A stretch of 42,903 nt of DNA from Deltaproteobacteria bacterium (lineage in GTDB: Bacteria > Desulfobacterota > Syntrophobacteria > Syntrophobacterales > Syntrophobacteraceae), in assembly GCA_012517775.1 (NCBI GenBank), contig JAAYUJ010000381.1, positions 1 through 42,903 of the forward strand. Direction: 5' to 3'. Within the stretch, counting starts at the first letter, position 1. Each line of letters opens with the position of its first letter. Both the position numbers and the translations under genes were made by a program. This document shows positions 16,609 through 24,986 of the stretch, piece after piece. The notes under the pieces are model-generated. The model searched no databases and was not told where the DNA came from. It saw only the letters and a program-made list of their open reading frames with translations.

Positions 16609-17406
16609 TCAGCAGGGAGAAGCAACGCGCAAATCGGGGAGCAGGCCACCCTCAGGAACGGTCAGATGCTTGCGTATCTCTTCTCTAACTTCATGAAGCA
16701 GACGATCTCTATCCTTGATTGTACACCCTTTCGTGGGCACAGGGTTTCCGACAGTAATGGTGATGTGTCCGGGAGTGTTGAGCCACTCGCTTCTCTTGGG
16801 AAGAATGGTGTATGAACCGCTTATGCTCAGGGGCACAATGGGCTTCTGAGATTTGATCGCCAGCATGAAGCCCCCCTTCTTGAATTCCCGCAGAACACCG
16901 TCAGGACTGCGTGTTCCTTCAGGGAAAATGACGATGGATGTGCCGTTCTGCACTCTGGCCGCCGCCTTGTTCATACTCTCCAATGCACTCCGATGGTCAC
17001 TCCGATCGATGGGAATATAACCGCTTACCTGCATCGCAGCACCAAGCACAGGAATCCGGAAGAGCTCCTGTTTCGCCAGCCAACTGAAGTGTATCGGCAA
17101 TTTTGCCAGGATTGCGAAAATGTCAAAGAGTCCCTGGTGATTTCCTGCAAAAACATAAGAGTCACTCCGATCGATGCGATCCAGGCCATTCATGCAAACA
17201 GTGACCCCGGCCGCCCACAGGTTGATGGTTCCCCAAAGCCTGCCGAAACGATGCGACCATTTCTCCTGGCGGGTGACAGCCGCCCAAAGGATGGAAGCCA
17301 CGCCCAGAATGATTGTTGAATACAGGAGTACCAGGTAAAAGAACAGCGAACGAAACAGTTTGGTCGTATCCTTTTGTTTTTCACCGATAGAGCTTGGCGT
17401 TTTCAA
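16609..17406 (-). CDS. plsC: 1-acyl-sn-glycerol-3-phosphate acyltransferase
   Basis: 265 aa with acyltransferase motifs FAGNHQGLFD (NHxxxxD) and VIFPEGTRS. TTG start at 17406 with AAGGTGA upstream. Confidence 0.85.
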   Translation of the reverse strand: MKTPSSIGEKQKDTTKLFRSLFFYLVLLYSTIILGVASILWAAVTRQEKWSHRFGRLWGTINLWAAGVTVCMNGLDRIDRSDSYVFAGNHQGLFDIFAILAKLPIHFSWLAKQELFRIPVLGAAMQVSGYIPIDRSDHRSALESMNKAAARVQNGTSIVIFPEGTRSPDGVLREFKKGGFMLAIKSQKPIVPLSISGSYTILPKRSEWLNTPGHITITVGNPVPTKGCTIKDRDRLLHEVREEIRKHLTVPEGGLLPDLRVASPC

Positions 17407-17611
17407 TCCATTTCACCTTTCCGCGAAGGAACGATTCCTCGGATCACCATAGATAACAATGGGTTGTCACCTAAACAATAGGTTGAAAATGTAAACTGTT
17501 TCTGATAGTGAGTCAACAGGGCATTTGCCCATGCAGAATCAGCCTGTGACACTGCGAGGGCCAGAGCCCCCATCAGCCTTGTTAAGTAACTGGAACTACC
17601 AGTCTTTTCAT

Positions 17612-17641
17612 TTGTGAACCATCGGTTCCCTGTGCTATAGA
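17612..17641 (+). promoter_or_regulatory. Candidate ssb promoter (TTGTGA - 18 nt - TGcTATAGA) with an embedded palindrome
   Basis: A -35-like TTGTGA lies at 17612-17617 and an extended -10-like TGCTATAGA at 17633-17641. The palindrome GAACC-atc-GGTTC (17616-17628) sits in the spacer. Pattern match only. Confidence 0.3.
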
Positions 17642-17703
17642 GAGGTAGGAATGGGAAACACATCACCTTGCCTTCCATTTTACATCAACAGAAGGGGAAA
17701 ATC

Positions 17704-18177
17704 ATGGCAAACAGAGGTGTGAACAAGGTCATCCTGGTCGGCAATCTCGGGGCGGACCCTGAAATCCGATACTCGGCCGCCGGGACTGCTATTGTAAGTT
17801 TGCGGTTAGCAACGACTGACCAGATTCCATCCAAAGAGGGCGGGAATTGGGAAGACAGGACTGAATGGCATAACATAGTGGCTTTTGGAAAAACTGCGGA
17901 AGCATGCGGCAACTATTTAAATAAAGGAAGCCAAGTTTACATAGAGGGTCGATTGCAGACTCGACAATGGGAAGATGCGCAAGGTGTGAAGCGATACACA
18001 ACAGAAATCGTTGCTCGAGACATAATCTTCTTGAACCGCTCCGGTGATCGGCCTCCTCAGGGGCAGGGAAATCAGAATCCAGCAAGATCTGTTGAGTCAG
18101 CGGGGTACCCGAGCGGGCCTCGTATGGAAGAATTGCCTCCAGTACCCAACAGTCCCGATGAAGAAATCCCTTTCTGA
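17704..18177 (+). CDS. ssb: Single-stranded DNA-binding protein
   Basis: [23 protein letters not shown]...WHNIVAFGK forms the OB fold, and the acidic C-terminal tip is DEEIPF. The ATG at 17704 is preceded by GAAGGGGA. The track ORF start at 17668 is an upstream extension. Confidence 0.93.
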   Translation: MANRGVNKVILVGNLGADPEIRYSAAGTAIVSLRLATTDQIPSKEGGNWEDRTEWHNIVAFGKTAEACGNYLNKGSQVYIEGRLQTRQWEDAQGVKRYTTEIVARDIIFLNRSGDRPPQGQGNQNPARSVESAGYPSGPRMEELPPVPNSPDEEIPF

Positions 18178-18364
18178 AACCCAAGGGCAGGCGGCATCCT
18201 CGATCCATCGAACGGAGAGCCATGCAATGAACGATATGAAGATCTAACTGGGGCGATAGGCATCGAAGACAACCACGGGGCTGGAGTTGCCCGGCCGGCC
18301 CGGTATGAGGTTCCTCCAAAGTAAGCATCAAGTCATCGCACAAAGCACAAACCCGAAGGCGATC

Positions 18365-18568
18365 CTACGTGGAAGGAGACTGCTTCTCCTCAATCTTCTC
18401 TGCCTTGTCGGCCTGCTGCAAATCCAGAGGGTCTGACGTAGCCTTTTTAAAATTCTTGATGCCTTTGCCAAGACCTGCTCCAATTTCCGGAAGCTTTCCC
18501 GCTCCAAAAATGATGAGCACAATAACAAGAATGACAATCAACTCCGGCATCCCAACGCCGCCTATCAT
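18365..18568 (-). CDS. tatA: Twin-arginine translocase subunit TatA/E
   Basis: 67 aa. [43 protein letters not shown] shows a canonical TatA TM helix plus amphipathic helix. SD GGAAGGAG lies upstream. Confidence 0.85.
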   Translation of the reverse strand: MIGGVGMPELIVILVIVLIIFGAGKLPEIGAGLGKGIKNFKKATSDPLDLQQADKAEKIEEKQSPST

Positions 18569-18731
18569 AAAATCGCTCCTTCCCCCTGATGTGCAGTAGT
18601 GAAATTCCCAAAGGGCCAGTCATTTTTCGCGTCATGCCTGCGAAAGCTGCAACCCAGCTGCTATTTCTGGATTGCGGGTCATGCCCGGAATGACGACCGC
18701 ACTTTCGGCCACTTGTTTGCGTGAATCTTTA

Positions 18732-19139
18732 CTAAGGCTGTTTCTTCAGCAACTCCTCGACTTCCTCCAGGAGCTGGAGGAACTCTTTGGATTGTCTGTA
18801 CTCATCCAGGCAGCTCTGATGCTCAAGCCAACTCTCCCAGACTCTCATCCATTTTTCATTATACCAGTAACAATCAGGATTTGTGCGCTTCCCAGCCGTT
18901 CTTTCCCTGTATTCCCTGTATTCATCCTGACAGTTTCTGCACAGCGGATAAGGTGTCGCAAACTGGGATCGCTCGGCTGCGCTCATCTCCAGCTGACTGC
19001 CGCATTTAGCGCATTTGAGCAGGCATCTCGAACACTGAAATACCTTCTTTAAGGCTTCGATCTTGCGCTGCCTCAAGCCCTGATCGCGCAAGCCCTTCAA
19101 ATCCTGAGCCTTCTTGCCAAATTCGATGATCTCGGCCAT
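18732..19139 (-). CDS. Hypothetical Cys-rich protein (putative zinc-ribbon protein), unknown function
   Basis: 135 aa with CSRCLLKCAKCGS (CxxCx3CxxC) and LCRNCQ (CxxC), then a W/E-rich C-terminal helix region. I recognise no family. The coding call rests on ORF length, same-strand context and the Cys spacing. Confidence 0.55.
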   Translation of the reverse strand: MAEIIEFGKKAQDLKGLRDQGLRQRKIEALKKVFQCSRCLLKCAKCGSQLEMSAAERSQFATPYPLCRNCQDEYREYRERTAGKRTNPDCYWYNEKWMRVWESWLEHQSCLDEYRQSKEFLQLLEEVEELLKKQP

Positions 19140-19176
19140 GGCAAATCTCTACTGTTTTTGCTTATTTTTCAGTAAG

Positions 19177-20508
19177 TTACTTTATCCTTTTAACATCAAC
19201 CTGTCCTTCAGTCAAGCTGCTTCCACAGATCCCTGTGCCGTCCTCCAGGTTAAACAGTTGCTGAGTGAAATCCGCAAAGGTCTGCCTGCTCTCCCGTTCA
19301 GCCTTTTTCTTCAGAAAGACAATGGGATCGTGAAGGAGCTTCTTGACGATGGATCGGGTCAACAATTCCAGCGACTCCCGATCCCTGTCAGTCAAATGGG
19401 GAAGCTGGGAGAATGTCCTCCGGAGTTCTCCAAGGCGAATCGCCTCAGCCTTATTCTTCAAAGCAACGATAGTCGGCACAACATCCAGAGTGTGCAGCCA
19501 CGTTACAAACTTGAGTGCCTCTTCCGCGACGATATGTTCAGCTCTCTCCGCTTCCTTCTTTCGCTGGTCACGGTTGAGGTCAATGATTCCCTGGAGATCA
19601 TCAATGTCGTAAAGATATACATTGTCGATCTGATTGATCCGGGGATCAACATCTCGCGGAACAGCGATATCGATGAAGAAAATAGGGCGGTTGCGCCGCT
19701 CCCGCATCCTGGATCTCACATCCTGGTATCTGAGAATCGGCTCGGGTGACCCCGTCGAACTCAACACGATGTCCACATTTTTCAAAGTGTCAAGAATGTG
19801 CTCGAAAGAGACCGTATTCGCTTTAAACTGCCTTGCGAGATCGATGGCTCTCTCCAGGGTTCGGTTAGCGACGGTCATGTGGCGGACACCATGAGAGAGG
19901 AAGTGCTCCGCAGCTAGCTCCACCATCTCTCCTGCCCCTACGAGCAACACCCGTTTTTCCTCCAGCGTCCCGAAAATCTTCCGCGCCAGCTCCACAGCCG
20001 CATAGCTTATGGATACAGCGTGAGAACCGATGGACGTCTCGGACCGGACTCTCTTGGCAACAGAAAAAGCCTTGTGGAGGAGCCGATTGAGAATAACCCC
20101 CACCGTTCGACATTCTGTTGCTTCTCGATATGCGCTCTTGATCTGACCAAGGATTTGAGGCTCTCCGACAACCATGGAATCCAGGCTGGAGGCAACTCGA
20201 AAAAGATGCACAACGGCTTCCAGTCCCTCGTGGGTATACACATAACTTGCCAGATCGGCTGTAGAAGGATTCCCGAGGTGCTTGTTCAGGAGAAACCCCA
20301 CCTCCCGGAGCGCTTCATCCCTGCACTGACATGTGAAAAGAAATTCAACGCGGTTGCATGTGGAAAGATAATAGAGCTCATCCACATGGTCGAGATGTGG
20401 CAGTAACCGGAGAGGATTGACATGTTCCCTGCAGGCCAGCGCGAGCTGTTCCCGCACCTCGACAGGTGCAGTCTTGTGATTCATTCCCACAACTATGATA
20501 CTGCTCAT
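19177..20508 (-). CDS. hemA: Glutamyl-tRNA reductase
   Basis: 443 aa. MSSIIVVGMNHKTAPVEVREQLA...YLSTCNRVEF contains the catalytic Cys motif, and the NADPH-binding motif is VLLVGAGEM. Confidence 0.95.
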   Translation of the reverse strand: MSSIIVVGMNHKTAPVEVREQLALACREHVNPLRLLPHLDHVDELYYLSTCNRVEFLFTCQCRDEALREVGFLLNKHLGNPSTADLASYVYTHEGLEAVVHLFRVASSLDSMVVGEPQILGQIKSAYREATECRTVGVILNRLLHKAFSVAKRVRSETSIGSHAVSISYAAVELARKIFGTLEEKRVLLVGAGEMVELAAEHFLSHGVRHMTVANRTLERAIDLARQFKANTVSFEHILDTLKNVDIVLSSTGSPEPILRYQDVRSRMRERRNRPIFFIDIAVPRDVDPRINQIDNVYLYDIDDLQGIIDLNRDQRKKEAERAEHIVAEEALKFVTWLHTLDVVPTIVALKNKAEAIRLGELRRTFSQLPHLTDRDRESLELLTRSIVKKLLHDPIVFLKKKAERESRQTFADFTQQLFNLEDGTGICGSSLTEGQVDVKRIK

Positions 20509-20517
20509 GGCAGCACT

Positions 20518-21339
20518 TCACCTGACAAAAACCGTGTGATGTCCTTTCAGGAATAGATTCACTCCCAAAAAGGTCACAAGGACTAATGAAAAACCGAATA
20601 TGGCCATCCATGCCGCCCGGCGACCACGCCAGCCGACTGTCAATCTCTCGTGGAGCAAAATGGCATAAATGATCCAGGTTATGAGGGCAAAGATCTCTTT
20701 GGGATCCCAGTTCCAGGGCGAACGCCAGATGTTGCCGGCATAAGCGAAACCCACCACGAGACCTACGGTCATGAGTGGGAACCCAATAATAAGACAAAAG
20801 TAATTGATCGTATCCAGCCGATCGAGAGAAGGGAGGCGATTGTACAGGTAACCGAAACTCTTGTGCTTGATGTGTCGCTCTTGCAAGAGGTACATGACAC
20901 CTGCGCTGAAGGCAAGGGCGAAGAGGGCATTGGCAAGAAAGAGCGTTGATACGTGGAGAACCACCCAGCCGCTTTGAAATATCCCGCTCTTGGGAATGAT
21001 GTGAGAGGGTAGAAGGGTGGAAGCCAGCATGAAAATAACAGCGAGAGGCGATACGAAAGATCCCAATATGCGCAACTGCAGTCTCACCTGAACAATAAGA
21101 TACGTCGAAACCAGCACCAGGGCGAAAAAGGAGAGAGCCTCCGCACTGGAAGTCACGGCCAGGTGTTCCTCCTGAAATGAACGCAGGGCAAAAGATATTC
21201 CATGAAAGATTACGCCGATAAAGAGAATCCACCAGGAAGTTCGATGGACCGGAGTCCAATCCCTGACGAGATAGATCAGGTATCCCACTGTCCCAAGGCA
21301 ATAGCAGAGAGTGGCAATTACGAGGAAAACGCTTTCCAT
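20518..21339 (-). CDS. CcsA/HemX-like cytochrome c assembly family membrane protein
   Basis: 273 aa polytopic protein. The Trp-rich motif WRSPWNWDPKEIFALITWIIYAILLH is a CcsA/CcmC-type WWD-like motif. It lies immediately upstream of hemA, like Bacillus hemX. Confidence 0.8.
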   Translation of the reverse strand: MESVFLVIATLCYCLGTVGYLIYLVRDWTPVHRTSWWILFIGVIFHGISFALRSFQEEHLAVTSSAEALSFFALVLVSTYLIVQVRLQLRILGSFVSPLAVIFMLASTLLPSHIIPKSGIFQSGWVVLHVSTLFLANALFALAFSAGVMYLLQERHIKHKSFGYLYNRLPSLDRLDTINYFCLIIGFPLMTVGLVVGFAYAGNIWRSPWNWDPKEIFALITWIIYAILLHERLTVGWRGRRAAWMAIFGFSLVLVTFLGVNLFLKGHHTVFVR

Positions 21340-22049
21340 ACTCTGTCCCAGATCCGATTCATCTCATCGAGATCGACGTAAGGATCACACGCAGCACAAA
21401 CGGACTTCACAACAGCATCCCTGTCCCGCGTTCTTATCCATTCAACCAGGGGAAGCCGGGCCAGTTCCCGAAAAAGCATCTGATTCTTCTCCGTATCCAG
21501 CCCGCGGGATTGTATGATCCTTCTCAGTGCGGACATTATCTCCAGGAAGACGATCCAAGCATTGTCGAACTCCTCTTCCAGCTTATCCCTGATCTGCCGA
21601 GCAACGGCAGGACTTGCACCCGAGGTGCCCACGGCAATCGTCAAGGATCCTTTATGCAGAACAGCCGGAAGGACGAAGGAACCCTCATCCGGATCGGTGG
21701 CTGTGTTACACCATATTCTTCTTTTATGGGCTTTCGATGCAATTCTTCGGTTCAACCCCCGGTCATTGGTCGCGGCAAAAACAAGATCAATGCCATCGAG
21801 TTGTTCTTCCTGGAAATGCTCGGCAACATAATCGACCACGCCGTCGCCAACTTGTGAGCGCAGCCAATCCGTAAGCTCATTTGCCACAAGTCGAATGGTT
21901 GCTCCGTAACCAAGAAGGCCTTTGACCTTTCTCTCACCCACCGATCCTCCACCCACCACCAGGCAGACTCGGCTCTTCACGGAGAGCAGCACCGGATAAT
22001 AGGGCTTGACGCTCACGTGCTCCTCAGCCTCATTCATAGCGACCGTCAT
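21318..22049 (-). CDS. sirC: Precorrin-2 dehydrogenase / sirohydrochlorin ferrochelatase (SirC / CysG N-terminal-type)
   Basis: 243 aa. The Rossmann motif is RVCLVVGGGSVGERKV. The stretch ...VFAATNDRGLNRRI...SFVLPAVLHKGSLTIAVGTSGASPAVARQIRDKLE is typical of siroheme synthase N-terminal domains. It overlaps the next gene by 22 nt. Confidence 0.85.
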   Translation of the reverse strand: MTVAMNEAEEHVSVKPYYPVLLSVKSRVCLVVGGGSVGERKVKGLLGYGATIRLVANELTDWLRSQVGDGVVDYVAEHFQEEQLDGIDLVFAATNDRGLNRRIASKAHKRRIWCNTATDPDEGSFVLPAVLHKGSLTIAVGTSGASPAVARQIRDKLEEEFDNAWIVFLEIMSALRRIIQSRGLDTEKNQMLFRELARLPLVEWIRTRDRDAVVKSVCAACDPYVDLDEMNRIWDRVWKAFSS

Positions 22050-22071
22050 GCTGTTGACCCAAGGATCTTAT

Positions 22072-22109
22072 CAAAAAGAGAAAGCCGGACCACATGAAAA
22101 ATGATCCGG
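22072..22109 (-). terminator. Rho-independent terminator-like hairpin (minus strand) between the ispB-like gene and sirC
   Basis: The minus-strand RNA reads CCGGAUCA-uuuuucaug-UGGUCCGG (8 bp including one G-U), followed by CUUUCUCUUUUUG. On the plus strand the same position is a C/A mismatch and no T run follows. Confidence 0.5.
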
Positions 22110-22226
22110 CACACAGGAATTGCTGCTGTTCTTGCGCGGATGCTCGAGGTTGCCCGCGCCTTAACTGTCACGATTGGAGCCGTGGAAGTGCCTCTTGAGC
22201 TCCTCATGCCCATGAGGCATAACCAG

Positions 22227-23219
22227 CTATGCACGGCGATGTATCACGTACTCCGCAATGTCCTCCAGAATCTCCCTGGCTGGAATGGCCGGGAACAATG
22301 CTATCGCAGCTTTCGCCTTGTCCACATGTTCTGTAGCCAGACGCCGAGTATATTCGATCCCGCCGGACCGGATCACCAAGTCCTTAAGTTCCACAAAATC
22401 CGCATGAGGAATCCTCTCTGCGATGAAGATCTCCATCAGCCGTCTCTTTTCCCCTGCGTTTCCGTGTCGAAAGGCAAAGATGAGAGGAAGGGTCGCCTTC
22501 CCCTCCTGGATGTCATTTCCTATGGGCTTGCCCAGCTCTTTTACGTCACCGGTATAATCCAGGGTATCGTCGATCAGTTGGAAGGCAATACCAAGATGAT
22601 GACCGAAGTCCCTCAGAGCCATCTCCTCGGCACGACTGCCATTCCCCAGAAGAGCACCAACTTGGCAGGCGGCACTGATGAGACCGGCCGTTTTTCGGTC
22701 GATGACATCGAGATATTCTGCTTCGTCTATTTCAAGATTGTCCTTATGGACCAACTGCAGGACTTCTCCCTCGGCCATCCTTGTGGTGGCTTCCGAGAAC
22801 ACTTCAAGTATCCGGACATTGTTGTATCCCACAGTCATCCGAATTGATTTTGAATATAAGAAATCTCCCACCAACACCACCGCGGGATTTCCCCATATCG
22901 TGTTTGCAGCCGGCTGACTGCGACGGAACTCGGCATGGTCCACAACGTCGTCATGGAGCAGGGTGGCTGCGTGCACAAACTCGAACACCACCGCCAGGCT
23001 GGCATCGTGATTCCCCTCGTATCCGCAGAGTCTGGCGGAGAGGATCAGAAGCAGAGGTCTGAGCCTCTTACCCCCACTTCCCATGATGTGACGACCAACG
23101 ATGGAAATCAGGGGCACGCTGGAGGTCAATAATCGATTGATTTCCGCCTCGATCCGGTCGAGATCCGGCCTGATTCGACCCAGAATATCCAGCTTCATGC
23201 TTTCGGACTTCGGCGGCAT
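22227..23219 (-). CDS. ispB: Polyprenyl diphosphate synthase (IspB-like, long-chain trans-prenyltransferase)
   Basis: GGKRLRPLLLILSARL, the first DDxxD in LLHDDVVDHAEFRR and the second in FQLIDDTLDY. The start is uncertain: ATGs at 23219 or 23198 give about 323-330 aa, like IspB homologues. The track ORF start at 23474 overlaps rimO and adds 85+ non-homologous residues. Confidence 0.85.
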   Translation of the reverse strand: MPPKSESMKLDILGRIRPDLDRIEAEINRLLTSSVPLISIVGRHIMGSGGKRLRPLLLILSARLCGYEGNHDASLAVVFEFVHAATLLHDDVVDHAEFRRSQPAANTIWGNPAVVLVGDFLYSKSIRMTVGYNNVRILEVFSEATTRMAEGEVLQLVHKDNLEIDEAEYLDVIDRKTAGLISAACQVGALLGNGSRAEEMALRDFGHHLGIAFQLIDDTLDYTGDVKELGKPIGNDIQEGKATLPLIFAFRHGNAGEKRRLMEIFIAERIPHADFVELKDLVIRSGGIEYTRRLATEHVDKAKAAIALFPAIPAREILEDIAEYVIHRRA

Positions 23220-23352
23220 GCTCTGACAAGGAACGAAAGGATCCACCTTCAATGTGCCCGTTCGATTCATTCTTAATATATTCTGATTGATCTGATGAAT
23301 TTCAGTGCTGAATGCACTGCCTATTGCGTGAAAAACCTCATAGAACAACCGC

Positions 23353-23381
23353 TTCATAACGAAAATATGAGCACATGTCAA
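23353..23381 (-). promoter_or_regulatory. Candidate sigma70 promoter for the ispB-like gene (TTGACA - 17 nt - TATGAA)
   Basis: On the minus strand, TTGACA lies at 23381-23376 and TATGAA at 23358-23353, within the relatively AT-rich 220-nt rimO-ispB spacer. Pattern match only. Confidence 0.25.
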
Positions 23382-23442
23382 AATCTTTTGCGGAAAGCGC
23401 TCTTTCTCCAGGATGTGCTCGACTAGATCCCGGGAATGCTCT

Positions 23443-24831
23443 TTAACCGGAGATGAAGCCCCGCTCCGCGGCACCGATCAGCTTCGCCTCAACATCATAG
23501 TCATGCGCATCCGTAATCCTTGCGGGAAGGATCTCCCCAATCTCCGCTTCGCCCTCTGTGATGATTACCAGCCCATCGACCTCAGGGGCCTGTGAGGGCA
23601 GCCGTCCACAAAGGAGCATTTCGGTTTCCGGATGATACCCCTCTACCAGCACAGGAAGGATCCTTCCGACCTTTGCCATGAGTTTCTTTCGTGATATTCC
23701 CCGCTGAATCTCCATAATGATCTCCCTCCTCTCCTCTGCCACTTCCCGATCCACCTGTTCAGGAAAGCCGGCTGCACGACTTCCAACTTCAGACGAGAAG
23801 GTGAACACCCCGAGATGCTCGAACTCTTCCCGTTCAACGAAATGGACCAATTCCTTAAAGTCCGACTCCGTCTCACCGGGAAATCCAACCATGAGCGTGG
23901 TGCGCAAAGCGGCATGCGGCAGGTGAGAACGAATGTTCTCCAGCACGTTTTCCGCATGGCAGCTCGATCCTCTGCGACCCATGGCTTCCAATACTTTCGG
24001 AACGCAATGCTGGAAGGGAATATCCAGGTAGGGCGTGATCCTCCGCGATTCAGCCATGGAGCGCAACAGCCCGTCGGTGATACGGTCAGGATAGCAGTAC
24101 AGAAGACGTATCCACTCTATTGCGGTGCCTGTCTCCAACGCCTCGAGAAGGGAAATCAGCCCGTTACCGTCGCCTCGATCCAGTCCGAACGATGTTGTAT
24201 CCTGAGCAATGAGATTGATCTCCCTGACTCCTTCTGCAGCAAGCTGAACCGCCTCCTTTACGACGTCTTCAACGGTGCGGCTTCTGCATGGTCCTCTCAG
24301 ACGGGGGATGAGGCAGAAAGAACAGCGGTTGCTGCAACCCTCCGCGATCTTGAGATAAGCGGAGGGGGAATCCATCTCTCGCCCCCGTTGCGCATTGCTG
24401 TCGAAAAGATGGCGGGGGGGACCAATCCACAGGCGTTTCTCCCCGTCCTTTTGCCAGGCAAGAATCGCATCCTCAAGATAATGAAAATGCGAAGTGCCCA
24501 AAAACAAATCAACTTCGGGCATCAGCGGCAGGAGTTTCTTTCCGTAGCGTTGGACCATGCACCCCGCAACGACAAGACAGCCACACATCCCCTTTTCTTT
24601 GTAAGAAGCAGCTTCGAGTACGGCCTGTATCGACTCTTCGACGGCACTTTCAAGAAAGCCGCACGTATTCACCACAATGATCACAGCGCGATCGAGAATC
24701 GGGGACATCTCGAACCCGAGACTCCTCAACTGGGAAACCATCATCTCGCTGTCCACGAGGTTCTTGGCACATCCCAAACTCATAAGAGAGGCCTCGGGGA
24801 CACCACTGCCGGCAACAACGCTTTGCATCAT
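23443..24831 (-). CDS. rimO: Ribosomal protein S12 methylthiotransferase RimO (radical SAM MTTase)
   Basis: The N-terminus SLGCAKNLVDSE is a RimO signature. The radical SAM motif is AEGCSNRCSFCLIPRLRG, and a TRAM-like C-terminus is present. I prefer the ATG ATG at 24831/24828 (GAAGAGAG upstream) over the track start at 24900. Confidence 0.9.
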   Translation of the reverse strand: MMQSVVAGSGVPEASLMSLGCAKNLVDSEMMVSQLRSLGFEMSPILDRAVIIVVNTCGFLESAVEESIQAVLEAASYKEKGMCGCLVVAGCMVQRYGKKLLPLMPEVDLFLGTSHFHYLEDAILAWQKDGEKRLWIGPPRHLFDSNAQRGREMDSPSAYLKIAEGCSNRCSFCLIPRLRGPCRSRTVEDVVKEAVQLAAEGVREINLIAQDTTSFGLDRGDGNGLISLLEALETGTAIEWIRLLYCYPDRITDGLLRSMAESRRITPYLDIPFQHCVPKVLEAMGRRGSSCHAENVLENIRSHLPHAALRTTLMVGFPGETESDFKELVHFVEREEFEHLGVFTFSSEVGSRAAGFPEQVDREVAEERREIIMEIQRGISRKKLMAKVGRILPVLVEGYHPETEMLLCGRLPSQAPEVDGLVIITEGEAEIGEILPARITDAHDYDVEAKLIGAAERGFISG

Positions 24832-24986
24832 AGCTCTCTTCAGTGACCCCACATCATACGAATCCAATGCAGATTGATCGAAAAGAAACCGACAGATCAA
24901 GACTTTCCATCAATCATCCATAGACTTGGTTATCCACGGTGCCATACCGAAACGTCAGGCTTCCAAGGGCTAGAAGCCACTGGATA

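Noticed and set aside
14819-16696. A 625-aa ORF on the plus strand spanning the whole RNase J locus.
   Set aside because: It is exactly antisense to a well-supported 559-aa RNase J gene. It has no recognisable motifs and an odd composition (His/Pro/Ser-rich). This is the classic shadow ORF produced by codon bias of the real gene.
17403-17678. A 91-aa minus-strand ORF whose stop overlaps the plsC start by 4 nt, which looks like translational coupling.
   Set aside because: No SD precedes its ATG (TGATGTAAA-ATG), and the region has lower GC and intergenic character. It would cover the likely divergent ssb promoter. The protein has no recognisable features.
23220-23474. An N-terminal 85-92 aa extension of the ispB-like ORF, which would overlap the rimO 3' end.
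   Set aside because: The extension has no similarity to prenyl synthase N-termini, lies in an AT-richer promoter-like region and overlaps rimO coding sequence. Homologue length (about 323 aa) fits the ATG at 23219 or 23198.
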